Origin: the human T2T-CHM13v2.0 reference genome, Homo sapiens
Assembly: GCF_009914755.1 (NCBI RefSeq)
Contig: NC_060947.1
Length of the DNA: 64,000 bases
Direction: 5' to 3' (one strand)
A program made the translations under genes and the position numbers. Each line of letters starts with the position of its first letter. The stretch's first letter is position 1. This document shows, one piece after another, positions 43,046 to 57,449 of this stretch. Below the pieces are notes generated by a model that ran no database searches, was not told where the DNA came from, and saw only the letters and a program-made list of their open reading frames with translations.

Positions 43046-44015
43046 ATGATTTTAACAAATTTTAGTACACTGACTCCTTCCCTTTAATGAATAAACACAC
43101 ACAAGTACATATACATATATGTTATCCAAGCTCATAAACCAAGTTAATGCTGTACTGGAACTTGAATTCACATCAAGTTATTTCGCTATGATTATTTTCA
43201 TTGCACTATTAAAGTCTGTCAAAATTATGCAATGTTCTACATGGACATACTCATCTCTTGGGATTATAGAAAATACAATCTTTGAGGTATTTGAATAGCT
43301 TTGCAAAGGAAGTCTTCCTCACACTTCCACTGACTTTGGTGGTTAAAGGCACTTGCAGTGCTCTGTGGATTATTCTAGGTTTTTCATTCTGACAAAAAGA
43401 CTATTAACTGCCTTTGTAAATCATAACGACAACAATTTTACATATATCTGGCATATTATACTTAAAAATACTGTAAAATGAACTCATAACTACAAATGTC
43501 AGTTGAATCTCACATCAATCTTTTGGGGTAGATGGGACTGGAACTATTTTCCTCATTTTAAAGAGATATCAGAGACACCCAGTGATAAACACCTTACCTA
43601 AAGTCACAGTATGGATAACTAAAAAATCTGGCAATAAACCATAGTTCTAAGGTGATATTTTATATTCACAGGACCTATTGAAGACTTCCCACTATAGCCA
43701 AGACTTCTGTATTTTACAATCTGGATTTTTTCTTCCCCTCCCCACTTACATAAAAACTAGCCTGTCCTGGGCCCTATTTCTAATCCTGCTACCTCTTATA
43801 CTTGTACTTGGTATTAATACAACAAACTTTACTGGCCAGAGCCCACTGAGTGATAGAAAAATAAACAAACCAAGGACCTGCCCTCAAGAGCTTTCTATCA
43901 TCAGTGTAACACAAATATTTAGTCTGGCTAAAATATATGTCCCTTGTAAGAAGTGTTATGCCTTAAGGGACTATATGAGGGGGGAAGAGAGAAAGATGCT
44001 GGTGCTAATCTAATA

Positions 44016-44170
44016 CAGTGCTTCTCAACTCGGCATACCTATTAGAATCCCCCGAGGAGCTCTGGAAAATACCAAAGCTTGGATCAATCTAGGGTGGAGT
44101 CTGGGCAGTGGACTTTTTGAAAGTTCCCATAGGGATCCTAAGGTACAGCCAGTGTTGAACCACCACCAGT
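44016..44170. mobile_element. MER5-family (hAT-Charlie)
   Basis: cagtgcttctcaac...ttagaatcccccgaggagct...cagccagtgttgaaccacc. Confidence 0.75.
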
Positions 44171-44938
44171 CTAAATGGAATAAATTGCACTGTAGGGAAA
44201 TAACCGAGGAAAGCAAAAGACAAATACCTAAAGACAAACTTGACCTTCTTTTCCCTTGTAATGCCATTTAATTAAACAGATCTTAATACCAATTATATTT
44301 ACAAGATTTTCATTGAGGCTGTAGCTTTCCTGAGACTTAATCTCCAATGATTTTAAGAAAAATATTTTCCTCCCTCAAATCTGACAACCAGTGTCCATTT
44401 GATGATGATGTAAATATGATCAATTTTATACTAACTTACAAAGTTTGGCAGGTGAAAACCTAAGTGTATACACAAGCAAATGAATCAAAACTGAAATAAC
44501 TGTCTTAATTTTTATGCATAATTCAAGTGAAACTTGGTTTATGTCCTGATTTCTCTGCATTGCCCATTTTCTTACTTTAGTTTGTTTTTATTTGGGATGG
44601 CACTTGTTTACCCTTCTATTTTCAGCTACAACCTAGGTTTGGGTTCATCCATCTAAGTTATTTTGGTTTGCTTATTTTTACCTCTTACTTACACATATTT
44701 CTTTTCTTTTTCTTAAAAAACCTCCATATTTTTCATACATTCCAAGTTTCCTAGAATAGTCATTTCCAACATACTACATCAAACTTAGATGGAAAAATTT
44801 GTGAGCTCGGTCTAATAAAAAGGAATGGCAATTCCTTAAAGAACATCTGTACAGATTGAAGCTAATTAGAGACACAGAGATTTTATCCAATGATGTAAGT
44901 GCATATAGTCCCTTCAGCCTTGGAAACTGACTCAAACA

Positions 44939-45017
44939 ATAGGTTTTCATATTTATGTGTGAGATGTGCCTCTTTCAAACCTTGTTACAACTTTGGCACA
45001 TTACCCATCTGATGTGA
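44939..45017 (+). pseudogene. U13 (SNORD13) snoRNA retrocopy, 5'-truncated
   Basis: tgtgtgagatgtgcc...aaccttgttacaac..tggcacattacccatctga aligns with recalled U13 (TGTGTGAGATGTGCCACCCTTGAACCTTGTTACGACGTGGGCACATTACCCGTCTGA). Box D CTGA at 45009-45012; box C absent. Confidence 0.85.
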
Positions 45018-48000
45018 ACTTAGATCTTTTTAACACTTTTATGTTTAACATAAAAAACAACGGGAATCTAGGATTTTGTTGGGAATGGCCTGAATGACTT
45101 CCTTGAAGGGTGAAATTGAAGTTAAATATGTGCTTATCCAATAGCTATAGTAATATTTGTATACCTTTCTCTACCCTCTCCAACCTGTCCAGTAAATCAG
45201 TACCATATTAATTGTGCTAAAATGCCCCTTAAATGACCATGCTATGCTCCCACCTTTCATCATCACACGTCTCCCATTTCTTAATGTATTGTATTCAAAA
45301 CATTTGACTTGGTTTTCAAAGTACTTTGATACTCTGGCCCGACCTAACTTATTTTCTATTGATTTCAAACATCTTCCATGTCAATCAAGCTGGTCTCCTG
45401 TTGTACTATATAAATACCAGGGTGTTTTTGTTTTGTTTTGTTATGTTTTGTTTGTTTTTTGCCTTCCTCTGAATTGTTCTCAATGTGCATAGATTTCCTT
45501 CCTTTTCTCACTCTTACTCTTTAAATTCGACCTGTCTTATGCGTTATAGGATGAGTTCCAATTCTTTTCTGAAGACTCTCCCAATCTAGTGCTCTAACTG
45601 ATCTCTCCTTTTTCTAACATCCTAAAATACTCACCCTCCCTCGAATGTGGCATTTGATTAAATATAGCCTTGTCACTATTTTAGTTACTTTAAGTATGTC
45701 AGCCCTGTAAAGAGTCTGAGGGGATTGTTTATGCCTGTTCTAATATATCCTCCTTGCTTCTAACTTGGTTCTAGGCATATGGTTAAGGCATAATAAATAT
45801 TTGCTGACTGCTAACTGATGCTGGTGTTGCCTAGTAGCCTGGGCCTATACACACTGTCAGTTCTGTCAACAGAGGCTGCGAAAATTCTACCAGAGATTAT
45901 GTCTGCACAAAAATAAGCCTCTGGCATAAATTGCGATAGCTGCCACTAGAGAATTCACCTGCAGGAAAGGGACCTCAGGCATATTACCTGGTGCTCCCAG
46001 AGACTCTTATGCCAGGTTTTCCACTGTCAAAATACAGCTAAACCATGTGCTAATGTAGTGATGTGAGTCTCTCCAATAATTTACTGTAAATTTCTACTTG
46101 CTTAGTTTTCTGACATGGCTTTAGCATCCTAATTTCCCATAAGCTATGCCTCAGAATTACTATGGATTACAAATTTGTGGAAAAATTGGGCATACTCTGA
46201 GAGTCAAAAATTAGCATTTTAAAGAAGCACTTTATTTTCTGTAAAAACCCTATTTTCAAAGTTAAATATTCTATTTTATTCTGAATGAGCAAAATAAGCC
46301 TAAGGTTTCAGAGAAAAATATATTCAGAAGGTAAAGGATTTAATTCCAAGATCTGGAACTGTGAATCCTTTCTTTGAACACAGCCTCTCTTTTCTTTTAC
46401 TCCTTTCCCCACTTTAATTGCTGTCACCTCATACCGTAACCTCTATTTCCCAGACTCTGCCCTACTCTCCAAGTCTCTTTATCTTGCTTCTTCCTCCCCG
46501 CTGCCACCCCCTACCCCGCACAGACATGCACAGACACACGCGACAAGCATACGGCCCACCCACCTCCCTAGCCAAATTTCAACCCATGGTCATACAATTG
46601 ACACTTTAAGAATGTATTTCTTTACAGTCTATATTGTCTTGCTCCCTAGTTCTTCCATTCTTTTTACATTGACACAAAGTAAAAATTCAATTGAATAAAC
46701 AGTAGCAGTTACTATTATTTTCATATAACACTATCAGAATACCAACTTTTCTGCACGGTGCATTGCCTTACTGAAGTCCCTGAGGACACTCATGATGAAA
46801 GCCCTTAAGCTCACACCATTCACTCCTCTGAGGCTCTCACTATATCTTTCCAACTGTGATTACACATTCATTTTATGCCCCCTTTGTGTACCGAATTGAT
46901 ACTCATGTTGCACCTATACATCTGACATCTTCAACATGTACCCAAATCTTTTATATATGTGCACTTTTTCTCCCTCACTTCATCCTAAAGGACAGGTAAC
47001 TTGATTCCTTAAGTGTTAAAATGGTATGCTTGCTTCTTTTGTACCTTACCATGGGACCACTGTAAGGGTCCTGCACACTGTGGGGGCTTGATAAATGTTA
47101 TATTGAGAGTCAAATACATGCCTGAAAGAATCCTTTTAAAGCTAACCCTCAAATACCTATAAAATGCCCAAGGGAGCCCCACAGAGGAATAGGTGAGACA
47201 GAGCACAGCAGAGCTTATTAAAAACGATCTGGGCTTGCAATACAATTTCTTTTAGACTGGATTTTTCCTTAGGCTTAAGACACGTGCTAATTCTCTCAGC
47301 TGCTTTAATCATGTAGATATTAAACAATGAGGGGGCATCAAACAGTCTTTTAGAGTTATGAGAAGTGCATGCTATGAATAGACACGAGGGAAGATGAAAG
47401 CCAAGCATGTGGCGACTGGCAGTCCCAGCAGCAGGTGTCTTGACTGAGGACAGACCCCAAGATCTACTGGAAAATGCAAAATGGAGAAACCCAACGCTGT
47501 CAGAGAAGAAGGCTTCAAAACTCAATCCAAATCAAAGAGGGCTGCAGACTTTTATGGAGGCTTTTAAAAGGAAAGTGTTAAGTTTGTCTGAATTGTAAAC
47601 AGAATCCATCTGAAGATGCATTTTCCCTTAAAAAGTCATCCCAAAACACAAAAGCAAAAAAAAAAAAAAATCAACAATCACAACAATAACATTTCAAAAG
47701 ATTCTAAAAGGAGGGAGGGTTGACAGCCAAACCTTTTTTTAAAGTAATGGTAGCCAGGAAAGAAGACGATGGGTTGTAAGAATTCACCACCTGGAAAAGA
47801 GAGTTACCTGGGGAGTGACAGCTGCCATAGGAAAAGTAGAACAAACACACCTGCTGTCAGGCACACCTGTTCTTTTCAGGGAGAGGAACCATGAGGCTGA
47901 AACAGCAGAAAACGCCCAAGAAAAGGGTAGGATGACTCTTGCAACCCTTAAATATTTTCCCTTACTCCTCTGGAGTTATTTCCTCGGCAGGAATGGATGC

Positions 48001-48261
48001 AGAGTAACCACATAAGATTTCACCTAAGTCTTTCAATTTTCATAGTCTCTCAAATTCCTCTTCTAGCTGATAGAAAGAAATTCCTTAAAGGCCCCAAGAG
48101 AGAAGGGAGGCAAACATTTTCTGTGGCCTACGCTGGAGAAAGAAGATACACTATTATGTGCTATATTAAAATGTGACTTAAAGGTGTTGAATCTGAGGTG
48201 GCATGAAGCCTACTGGGACTGGTAAGGTAGACAGAGATTGTAAGGGGAGGGAGGACGCCAA

Positions 48262-48264
48262 GCG

Positions 48265-48295
<31 letters not shown>

Positions 48296-48311
48296 GTACA
48301 CGCACACACAC
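48262..48311. repeat. (CA)n-based 50-bp alternating purine-pyrimidine tract
   Basis: gcgcacgca(ca)n cgtacacgcacacacac with unbroken alternation. Confidence 0.97.
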
Positions 48312-48714
48312 CTGCCAAAAGGCCTTACTTCCCCATAGTAATTGTTTCGCCTTTAACTGTGGATGCTCACTTAAGAACATGCCATCATTTCTGGTTCCAC
48401 AAAGCGGCTACCTGGTCATTGATGCTTGCAAAAGTCGAATTCTGGGCTTCCACAGTAGCCCAGAGAATATTTAAGGCCAATGAGAATAAATCAGACCAAA
48501 AGGGCAAGATAGCTCTGTAGCAGATTAGCTATACTAGCTTTGTAAACGTTCACAATGCCCTACAGGAAAGCCTGCTGCCAGCAGATAAGCCAAACTAGAG
48601 TTCAATATCAGTGGCAATATTTTGTCCTGCCTTGTAAAAAAAATGATCTAGCAAGGGATGCAACTAATTGAGGCAGTGGCAATAGTGAGATAGAAGGAAT
48701 TTTAAATGTAATTC

Positions 48715-49090
48715 ATGCATAGTCCATAAATGGACTAAAAAGTACAGTATTTTTGAGTACCTACTAGGAACTCTATGTTAGGTATTGCAAGGAATTCAAA
48801 AGACCTCTATACCAATACAATTAAAAGTATTTGCAATCCTTAAGGAACTTAACATTTCACTGGGGAGACAATCTTTACAACCAGTGCTTAAGCCAGTAAA
48901 TAGTCAACTGCAAAGCTGTGAATGTCAGACAATAAAAACTGGAGTTCACAGAAGGCAGTGAGCAATATATGTGGAAGTCAGAAGTTGTGAAGGAAGACTT
49001 TATCAAAGAGGCGAGACTTGAGTTAGGCCCTGAGGATGAATAGGATTTGGAAATGCTAGAAAGAATCCAGAAAGAATGTATGAAACTAAG
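48715..49090 (-). mobile_element. L2 fragment
   Basis: tttttgagtacctact...cttaaggaacttaaca...cttgagttaggccctgaggatgaataggattt. Confidence 0.65.
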
Positions 49091-51759
49091 ATGCAAAGGA
49101 AATATGAGATTCCAAACATGACCTTCAGCATGAGTCTCAGTTACTATATTTACCCTTGTGTGTAAGAATCAGTGTATTCTTATTAATGTGGAAATGTAAG
49201 TCCCTAGGGATTCAAGTGAAATAAATTACCACCAATTTACATGGGGTTTTTCTAACCTTGCACATAATTCAAACGGAAAAATAAATTTTTAAATTTTTAC
49301 CTTAATTAAATTTCAGGCATCTCTGCATACTTAGGTTTAAGATCACAATCAGTACTGGAATAAAAAATCCCAAGAGTTGCCTCTGAAAGGGTTCCACAGT
49401 CAAGTCACTACACTTGGTGAGTTCATATTCAAATCAATCATAAATTCTATTTTAAAATAATCCCAGGAGTAATCTTAAAACCAAATCCTCCAACTCTATA
49501 GCTCCAACTTTTGATTATTCATGTGGTTGTAGTAGAGAAAATTAACCTCTGCTTTTCATGAAGCCCTACTTCCAGATTTTTATGCTGGGGTAGCAGTATT
49601 AACCAGTTTGTATTTCACCTTTTTCAGCTCTCCACACTGCCAAGAAGGTGTTAATGAGCAGTGAAAAGGCCAAAAGGCCAGCAGCCAAAGGAAGAAAGGC
49701 ACACAAAATACAATTGGGAAAGCCCTGTTCCAACAACCCAACTTTGTGAGCATTTGATTCACCAGTCAAATAGAATATGTCCATGAGTTCAAAGAGTATA
49801 AATAAATCCAAAGATTTATCAAGAGTGATTAGAACAGTCTTGAGTCATTTCTCAACTTACAGACAATTTTTAATGCAGTATTTCAAAGTGCACTTTAAAA
49901 GGAGGGACTAGAAATTATCCATTGTTAATTTTAGAAAGACGTTTAAAGTCCTCGTTAATGTTCTACAAATCCAGAATTTGTTAAAATTTCGACAGGCTTT
50001 GTTAGAAATTTACTATTAGTGAAAAATGTGCATAAAACAAATTAATTTCAAAATTAAAATTTGGAGAGGAAAAGCTTAAGCTTCTTAAAATAAGCTTTTA
50101 AAAAGCACTTTAAAGGCATACATTTACATTCCAATAACTGGTAATCATTCTTATCTGTTCATTAAAGCAGGAGTCAAAGGATCTCTATTTGGCCACACTT
50201 TATTTACCCAGTTTAAATTCCATTGCATTTTAGGACCATTTTTGCATATTCTACTCTATAATTTTTATAGAGCTATATAATATTACTTGTACTATTTTGC
50301 ACAATTTATTTTCCACCTAGACATTTTCACATTTTATCTCATGTTTTTATTACAAAGAAGAATACTTTGTAATACACACATTATATCTTTTTATGTGCAT
50401 ATACCTTTATATATGTGTATCAAATGAAATGTGTGCATATTTGTGTATACATGTATGTGGATTACATATTTTCAATGAAATTTGGGAGCTTTTGATGCAG
50501 ACTGTTCTATACTTGGTTAATTTTGTTTAACAATATAATGTATTGGAGATATATCTGTCTACATCTTTCTCAATGGCTGCATAGATGGAAGAATTTATTT
50601 TTTAACCAGTCACCACAGATGGAGATTTAAAGCATTTCCATTTTGTTTTTGTCAGATATTACTACAAGTGTCCTCCAAACAGACTGCATTACATGACAGT
50701 GCCTGACTCCATGCATTTTAGAATAATGAAAATGCAATTCTTACTAACATATTCAAACATTCAGATGAGCTTATTCTCAACTGGTCTAAATTAGCTAGGT
50801 CCTACTATACAATACTTTGCTTTTGGAGACACTGCTGCTATTGTCATGGCATACTCTGCCCTCTTTGCTAAAGATTTCAGCTCCTTTATATTGTGTATTT
50901 GGCATTTCAGGGACAGAAGGGAAAGGAAAATGGATTATGTTCTCTCCTTTTGTATTCTTCTTGACTACTGCCTGTATGGCTTGTGAGGAACTGCATTTCT
51001 TAGCGTGTTAGAAACAACGGTGGCAGAACAGGTAGGAAACCAGTGGTGCAGCAGATCAGAGTGTTAGTCCGGCAGAAGATAGGAGCAGTAGAAACAAAAG
51101 GGCTATAAGATAACCAAATATAATTGAATTTTGAGTAATCAACTCTTTCATCTTTCTCCCAAAACCCCATTGGTTTGCCCAGTGGAAGAAAATGGAGCCC
51201 TATAAATGGTTTAGGAATAAAGAGAATGTGACTATGAACATTCTTTTGAAAGATTATATTTTAAATATCTCCCTGTATGTTACACAAAGCTGTTTAATTG
51301 TATAGGTATCACTTATTGAAAGATCGTTTCACATTGTTCACTGTGAATTAAGTGGAAAATAATAACTGAGGAGAGTTGAGAACAACAAAATCTCTCTGGA
51401 AATAAAATATCCTCTTGTAACAGGTGGGCAATTTGAAGGATTAAATTAATGCTTTGGGGCACCATTTAGACAGTGGATTGACAGTAAACTTACAATATTT
51501 GAAAACAAAAAAGTTATAGTAGAATTATTGATGATTTGGACAGTTCACTTCTCCCTGAGTCCAATTCCCTTTCTGTAAAGCTAAGTGGCTATACTAGATG
51601 ATTTCTAACAGCTCTTTCATTTCGATGATTCTGATATTATGGACATATTTAATAATAATTGTAATAGGCATAAAATATTCTGTGGCCAGAAATATTAAGA
51701 TGCTCACTTTTGTATTTTTCTTAAATCCACTATTGGTACAATTTTTCCTAACACAGCCT

Positions 51760-53005
51760 TTTGCTCCTCTGTGCCTGGCTAGATTTTACTTTTGAACTTA
51801 ACTCAGATGTCATATCTTCCAGGAAACTTTCCCCGACCCTTCTAACCCCTTATTTGAGTTAGATGTTCCTCCTACTGTTATTATCACACTGTGTTTTAAA
51901 TTATCTGCTTTTTTTTCAGTCTCCTTATTTGATTATAATAAACTCCTTTTTGGCAGCAACTATGCCTTTGCATTCCCAGTGCCTAGCACAATACCTGCGA
52001 CATAGCAGAGACCCAACAAATGTTTACCAAATCAATTAAAGCATGACATTCAAACACTCATGTCAATAATTTTTTACAGCAGAAATATCTGAAATTGCTA
52101 CATCATTGGCTGGTAAATGCAACTGCCTATTTATATTCTTAGATGTCTCATGAGTATCTAAAAATGAAAATATTTAAAACAGAATTCTTGATTTCTAACC
52201 TGAAACCTATTCCTTTCTCAGTTTTCCGGACATTAGTTTCCTCCACCAGAACCCTGACTGATTCCTGATTCTTCCCTCTTCCTGTCCACTCAAATACAGC
52301 CCTGAACATAAGGTCCTTTAGGTTATATCTCAAGAATATATCTCAAATTAGTCCACTTGCCTCTAGCTTCACCTCTTGCATGGACTTCTGCAGTAACTTG
52401 ATAACTGATTTCTCTTGTTCCTTTTTGTATTCCCCATCCATTATCCAAACAACTGCCAAAGTACTCTTTTATATATGTGAACCCCACTGCTGCCCCTGAT
52501 TAAAACCAATCAATATAGTCCCATTACCTTAGGAGAAAGTCTAAAATCTTTGGCATAGTTTTCAAAGCCCTTAGGTCTTGTCTCCACCTGACTCCCCAAC
52601 TTCATCATGTAGTACATTTTCTCTCCCTTTCTGCAACATAATCACATTGGTTTCCTTACAGTCATTAAAACACACCAAACTCTTTCGTGCCTTATAGTCT
52701 TTGGACATGCTGTTTCCCCTTGCTTGGAATGCTCAGTCCCTGGCTCTTCACATGCTCCGCTCTTCCTTATCCTTCTTATCTCAGCTTAAAGATTACTTCC
52801 CTGGACACACTAAGTAGATCCCTAGCCTCACCCTGTTATCTTCTAAGAATACACTCTGTTGGTCACCATAGCACCTCATAGCACTATTTGGTATCCCTAA
52901 GTAGTTTATCAGCTCAATGAAGACGGGGTATATATTTGTTTCATTCACCACTGTACTCAGTGCTTAGTACTTTGTCTGGCACACAATAGATGTTCTCTAT
53001 TTCTT
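51760..53005 (+). mobile_element. Two L2 3' fragments (about 51760-52040 and 52100-53005)
   Basis: tcttccaggaaacttt...cccagtgcctagcacaatacctg; ttcaccactgtactcagtgcttagtac..tctggcacacaatag. Confidence 0.7.
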
Positions 53006-53145
53006 GATGTAACACTAAGCAAATGCAAAATAAATACTAAGAGTGCAATGACAATGCTGTACTGTTTTGGTGCAAAATCAAGCCTGGTTAATCACAGAGG
53101 TACAATCTTGATGAACAGATATTCAGTGCCTATTCACAATTCTTA

Positions 53146-53499
<354 letters not shown>

Positions 53500-55959
53500 T
53501 CAGCCGTAAATAAATACTGGCAAAAACCACTAAAGATATTCACCCATTTATTTACTCATTTATTCAACAAATGATATAATAATAGAAAATCAATAATGAC
53601 TATAACTATATAGAGATACACTGTTATCATAAATGAATGGATTCGATTACAAACAACATGGAACAATCAGCTAATTTCAATTTTTTGAATAGTTATATTT
53701 AAGTGCCTTTAAACTTCCCCAAAGGCATATGTTTATTTCTCCTGTCTAGACTCTATACATAGAGGATAGGGTCCATAAATTGTATGTTTCCTGCTCCAAT
53801 AGTGCTTATTGCAATGCTCAGCAAATAAATAGATGATGCTCATCTAAGTGCTTCTCCCTGTATCTGTACCAACATAGACCCTGAGCTTTTCCATAACAAA
53901 ACTCATACTAAGATCCAAAAGAAGATACTCCCTGAGAAAGGAAAGAGAAAATACAGATAAGAAAAGAAAACCCTAATAAGAGCTGAAAAGTCTGTCAATG
54001 ATGATGGACAGAAAAACATTAGAAGAAGCACTACTACGCAGCATCAGATGCATATATTTACATTTAATTTGAGGGTGATAAACTTAGCACCATACAAACG
54101 ATGTTTGTTTATGCCTTCTAGTAGCTTACTATCCAAGATACTGATTATACTGCAAGGTACATAAATAATTTAAAGGGCTATTTTTCATCCTGCCTCATAT
54201 AGCAACTCGATGGGCTATGTCATTGCAGTATATTATTTGTTATTGAATTTCCTCATTTTCATTTGCTGAGCTGATTTTTATCAATATTATTACAGCTTCT
54301 TTTTATTTATAGCTTCTATTAATCTTGACATCATATTGCTTGCGTTGAAGATTGGTCTGAAGTGTTTCTATTAAAATTATTAACATTTTTCACTGAAATT
54401 TAGCCAAAATATTAAAGAAAATACATTGTAATATAACTCCATATATGTTTATGCAAAGAGCAACATAATTCAATTCCTGATGTAAACCCCAACAACCCAG
54501 TCTCCTTAATATAATAAAACACGAATACAATATAAACCTATAAATGTCTGGACATGATGCCATTTCTGAAATAGGATAGCAATTAGGTAATATTTGGCCA
54601 GAGAGGAAAAGCAAGATTTTTGGAAATTATCCTCCTAAAGCTATAAATAACCTGCTAACAATTTCAATTGAAGTTCAAATTATAAGGGCAAACTGGCCAC
54701 TCAAACTGTTTTCCGTGAGAAAAAGGAATTTAGAAGTGCCTTCATTGTTTTTCTGCCTGTGTGATGTCAAATATCTGCTTCATTTAAACAGTTGAACTTC
54801 CACTTGGTTGTTTCAATATCACATAAACATTGCCTAAAAATGATTTTTACAATAAGAAAGCCTGTGATATGTGGAGACGACTACTGCAATTTTAGGTTTC
54901 ACAATAGCCACAGTAAATGATTTGCCTCTAGCAAATCCATCTACTTACATGCCAGTAGAGGAACATGGTTTAATAAATCTGAATTGGCTCTGAAATGGGA
55001 ATTGCATAAGGATGACAATAGTGAGAAATATGGTAAAATGGAAGAACTATTTTTGAAATCTCTTTTCTTCATGCAGAAGACTACTGAGAGTTTCTAGAGT
55101 TGCTGAAAAGGGTAGAAACTACATGTGTGGATTTCTTAGTGAACATAATCTCTCCACAGATTCCTGGCTAAATAGTAAAACTGCAGCATTCTGGTGAGTA
55201 ATTGTATATACATCGATGCTCAAATGAAGGCACTCTGTAGAAGTTGTATGCACAATAAATCACCATCTGTACTTGGCCCTTGGAGTCTATTTGAATGCCC
55301 ATTCAGTCCAAGCTGGCTGGCTAGATATGTCATTGATTTTCTTCTTCAGTGCCATCCCTGGGAAAAAAGCCAATGTTTAATAATGGAAAAGATCACAACT
55401 TAAAAAGGGAGGCGGGGAGATAGAGTATTTTTGAACCCCAATCAGCAAGTTTTTGGAAACTGGGTACACTAACAAGGTATTTATGGACTTAGGTTGGATA
55501 CAAATAAATATATAAAAACAAGTATTCATCTGAATAAGAAAGGACATTACAACACCTTTGACTAGGAAATCTTACTCCGCCAATGATAGCCTATGCTTAT
55601 ACCTATTGGACTTCCTCATGGCCATAAAACCTACTTTTCAACCTTGACAAAGACCACAAGATTGATAACCTTCTTTTATTTTCCCAATCAGTCCCTCTCC
55701 TAACTTCTGCTCTTTTCTATGGTGGTCTGGAATCCAGGATCAGCTGTTTTAACTAGTCTTTCAACAGCATTACCTCTGCCTTCTCCCTCATGTTTCTACT
55801 TGACCTATCTTATCAGTCGAACCTCCAAGAAGTTTTACCTTGGTTTCCACTGTTTCTGCACCTGGACTGATAAGAAAATTAAAATTACTGTATTTAATAT
55901 CCCTTTCCCAGGAACGTGGCCCTCAATTCGAATGATTACTATAAGAAAAGGCACTTGAT

Positions 55960-56480
55960 TTGACTGGATAAATCCTAATAGCCATTCCTTACAGTGGCTT
56001 CAAAGTCCTATGTGATCTAGCTCCTGCTAACTTCTCCCACCTCATCTCACATTACCCTTCTCTTCACTCACTAAGATCCACTCACAGCGGCCCTCTTTCT
56101 GCTAATTAAATATCCCAAGCTTATGTATCAGTCAGGGCTTTTGCCCTTGTTCTTCCCTCTGTCTGAATAATATTCATCCAAATCTTCAAATAGTTGGCTT
56201 ATTCTTGTGATCCAGGTGTCAGCTATTCAGACTTCCCTGACCATCAAGGCTAAATAAAGTAGACCCTACTGCCAGTTACTCTTTGTTATAATCCTGTTTT
56301 AATTTTTTAATAAAATATATCAATAGCCAAAATATATTGTTTATTATCAATCTCTCCTTACTAGAGTATAAGCTCTTAAAAGTAGGGACCATGTCTATGT
56401 TTTTCACAACTCTATCCCCAACACCTAAAACAAGATCTGAAACATTGTCAGAACACAAAAAATTCTCATTGAATGATGGA
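55960..56480 (+). mobile_element. L2a 3' fragment
   Basis: tcagggcttttgcccttgt...cttccctgacca...actagagtataagctc...gtagggaccatgtc. Confidence 0.78.
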
Positions 56481-56494
56481 CTCAATTGCCACAG

Positions 56495-56982
56495 TCATCA
56501 GTTCATGTGTGAACATCTGACCTAAGCTTTGTCAATCAAAGTACATTCTGCAGGTCCTACCCCTGGCCACAAGTGATTGATGCAGGAGTGGGCAACTGAA
56601 CAAAGCAAGGCTAATCAAAGTCCTTGCTTAGGATTCTAGGTCTTGGACCCATTAAATACACTGCTTCTATATCAGGGTGGTAAGAAGAGATGGTCAAGAG
56701 CCTGTATGAGCCATGTTTCACACTTTGTGTTTACTAAGCCTGTGTACATGAAAGAAAATGAAGTTTAAATTCAATGCCCACTAGAAAAATATAAATACTA
56801 TATTGATCATATTTGATTCATTAGCTCCAGTTATTTCCTATGTCAGTCATATCCTTGCCCTTTCTACAGTTTGCTATTCTAAACTTTCTTTTGTTCCCTG
56901 AGCCAATAAATTCATACCACTTTTTGCTTAAGCTAGTTTGAGTTGACTTTCTGTCACTTACAACCGAGATTCTAACTTATAT
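56495..56982 (+). mobile_element. ERVL LTR (LTR33/LTR16-like)
   Basis: Terminal gagccaataaattc...gcttaagctagtttgagttgactttctgtcacttacaacc. Confidence 0.65.
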
Positions 56983-57449
56983 ACTAACTTTCCCTGCAAC
57001 CCTACTACCACTTTCCAGATTTTTTTCTGTCTCATTGTTCATTCTGCTAATGTTTCTTACTCTACTCACAGCCCTCTCTCCCTGAATCTTGGCAGACGAC
57101 ATTGTCTCCTACTTAACATAGACAGCAGATGCTACGAGACATGACACATTCCCTCAATTATCCCTGCTCCTCTCATGTTTCAGAGACCAAAAATTCCATC
57201 TGTATTCTGGATCCTTTATTTAGGCTTTCTCCAGGACCTTGCTCCATCAGATACTACCTCTCTTTTCTATCACTTAATATTTTTTCTTCATTAGTTCATT
57301 TTCCCTTGACTATAAGTATTCATTCATTCATACTTCAAATATTTATTCATTGCCACTGTGGGAGGGGCAGGACTAGGTTAATGTACATGCTTATGTTTCT
57401 TTTCCATCCAAAAAAACAAATTAATGAGACAACAAAAAAATTCCTTCCT

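Noticed and set aside
43590-43612. CTTTAG|GTAAGG recursive-site motif on the minus strand
   Set aside because: Lies in a decayed MIR-like sequence and has a poor pyrimidine tract.
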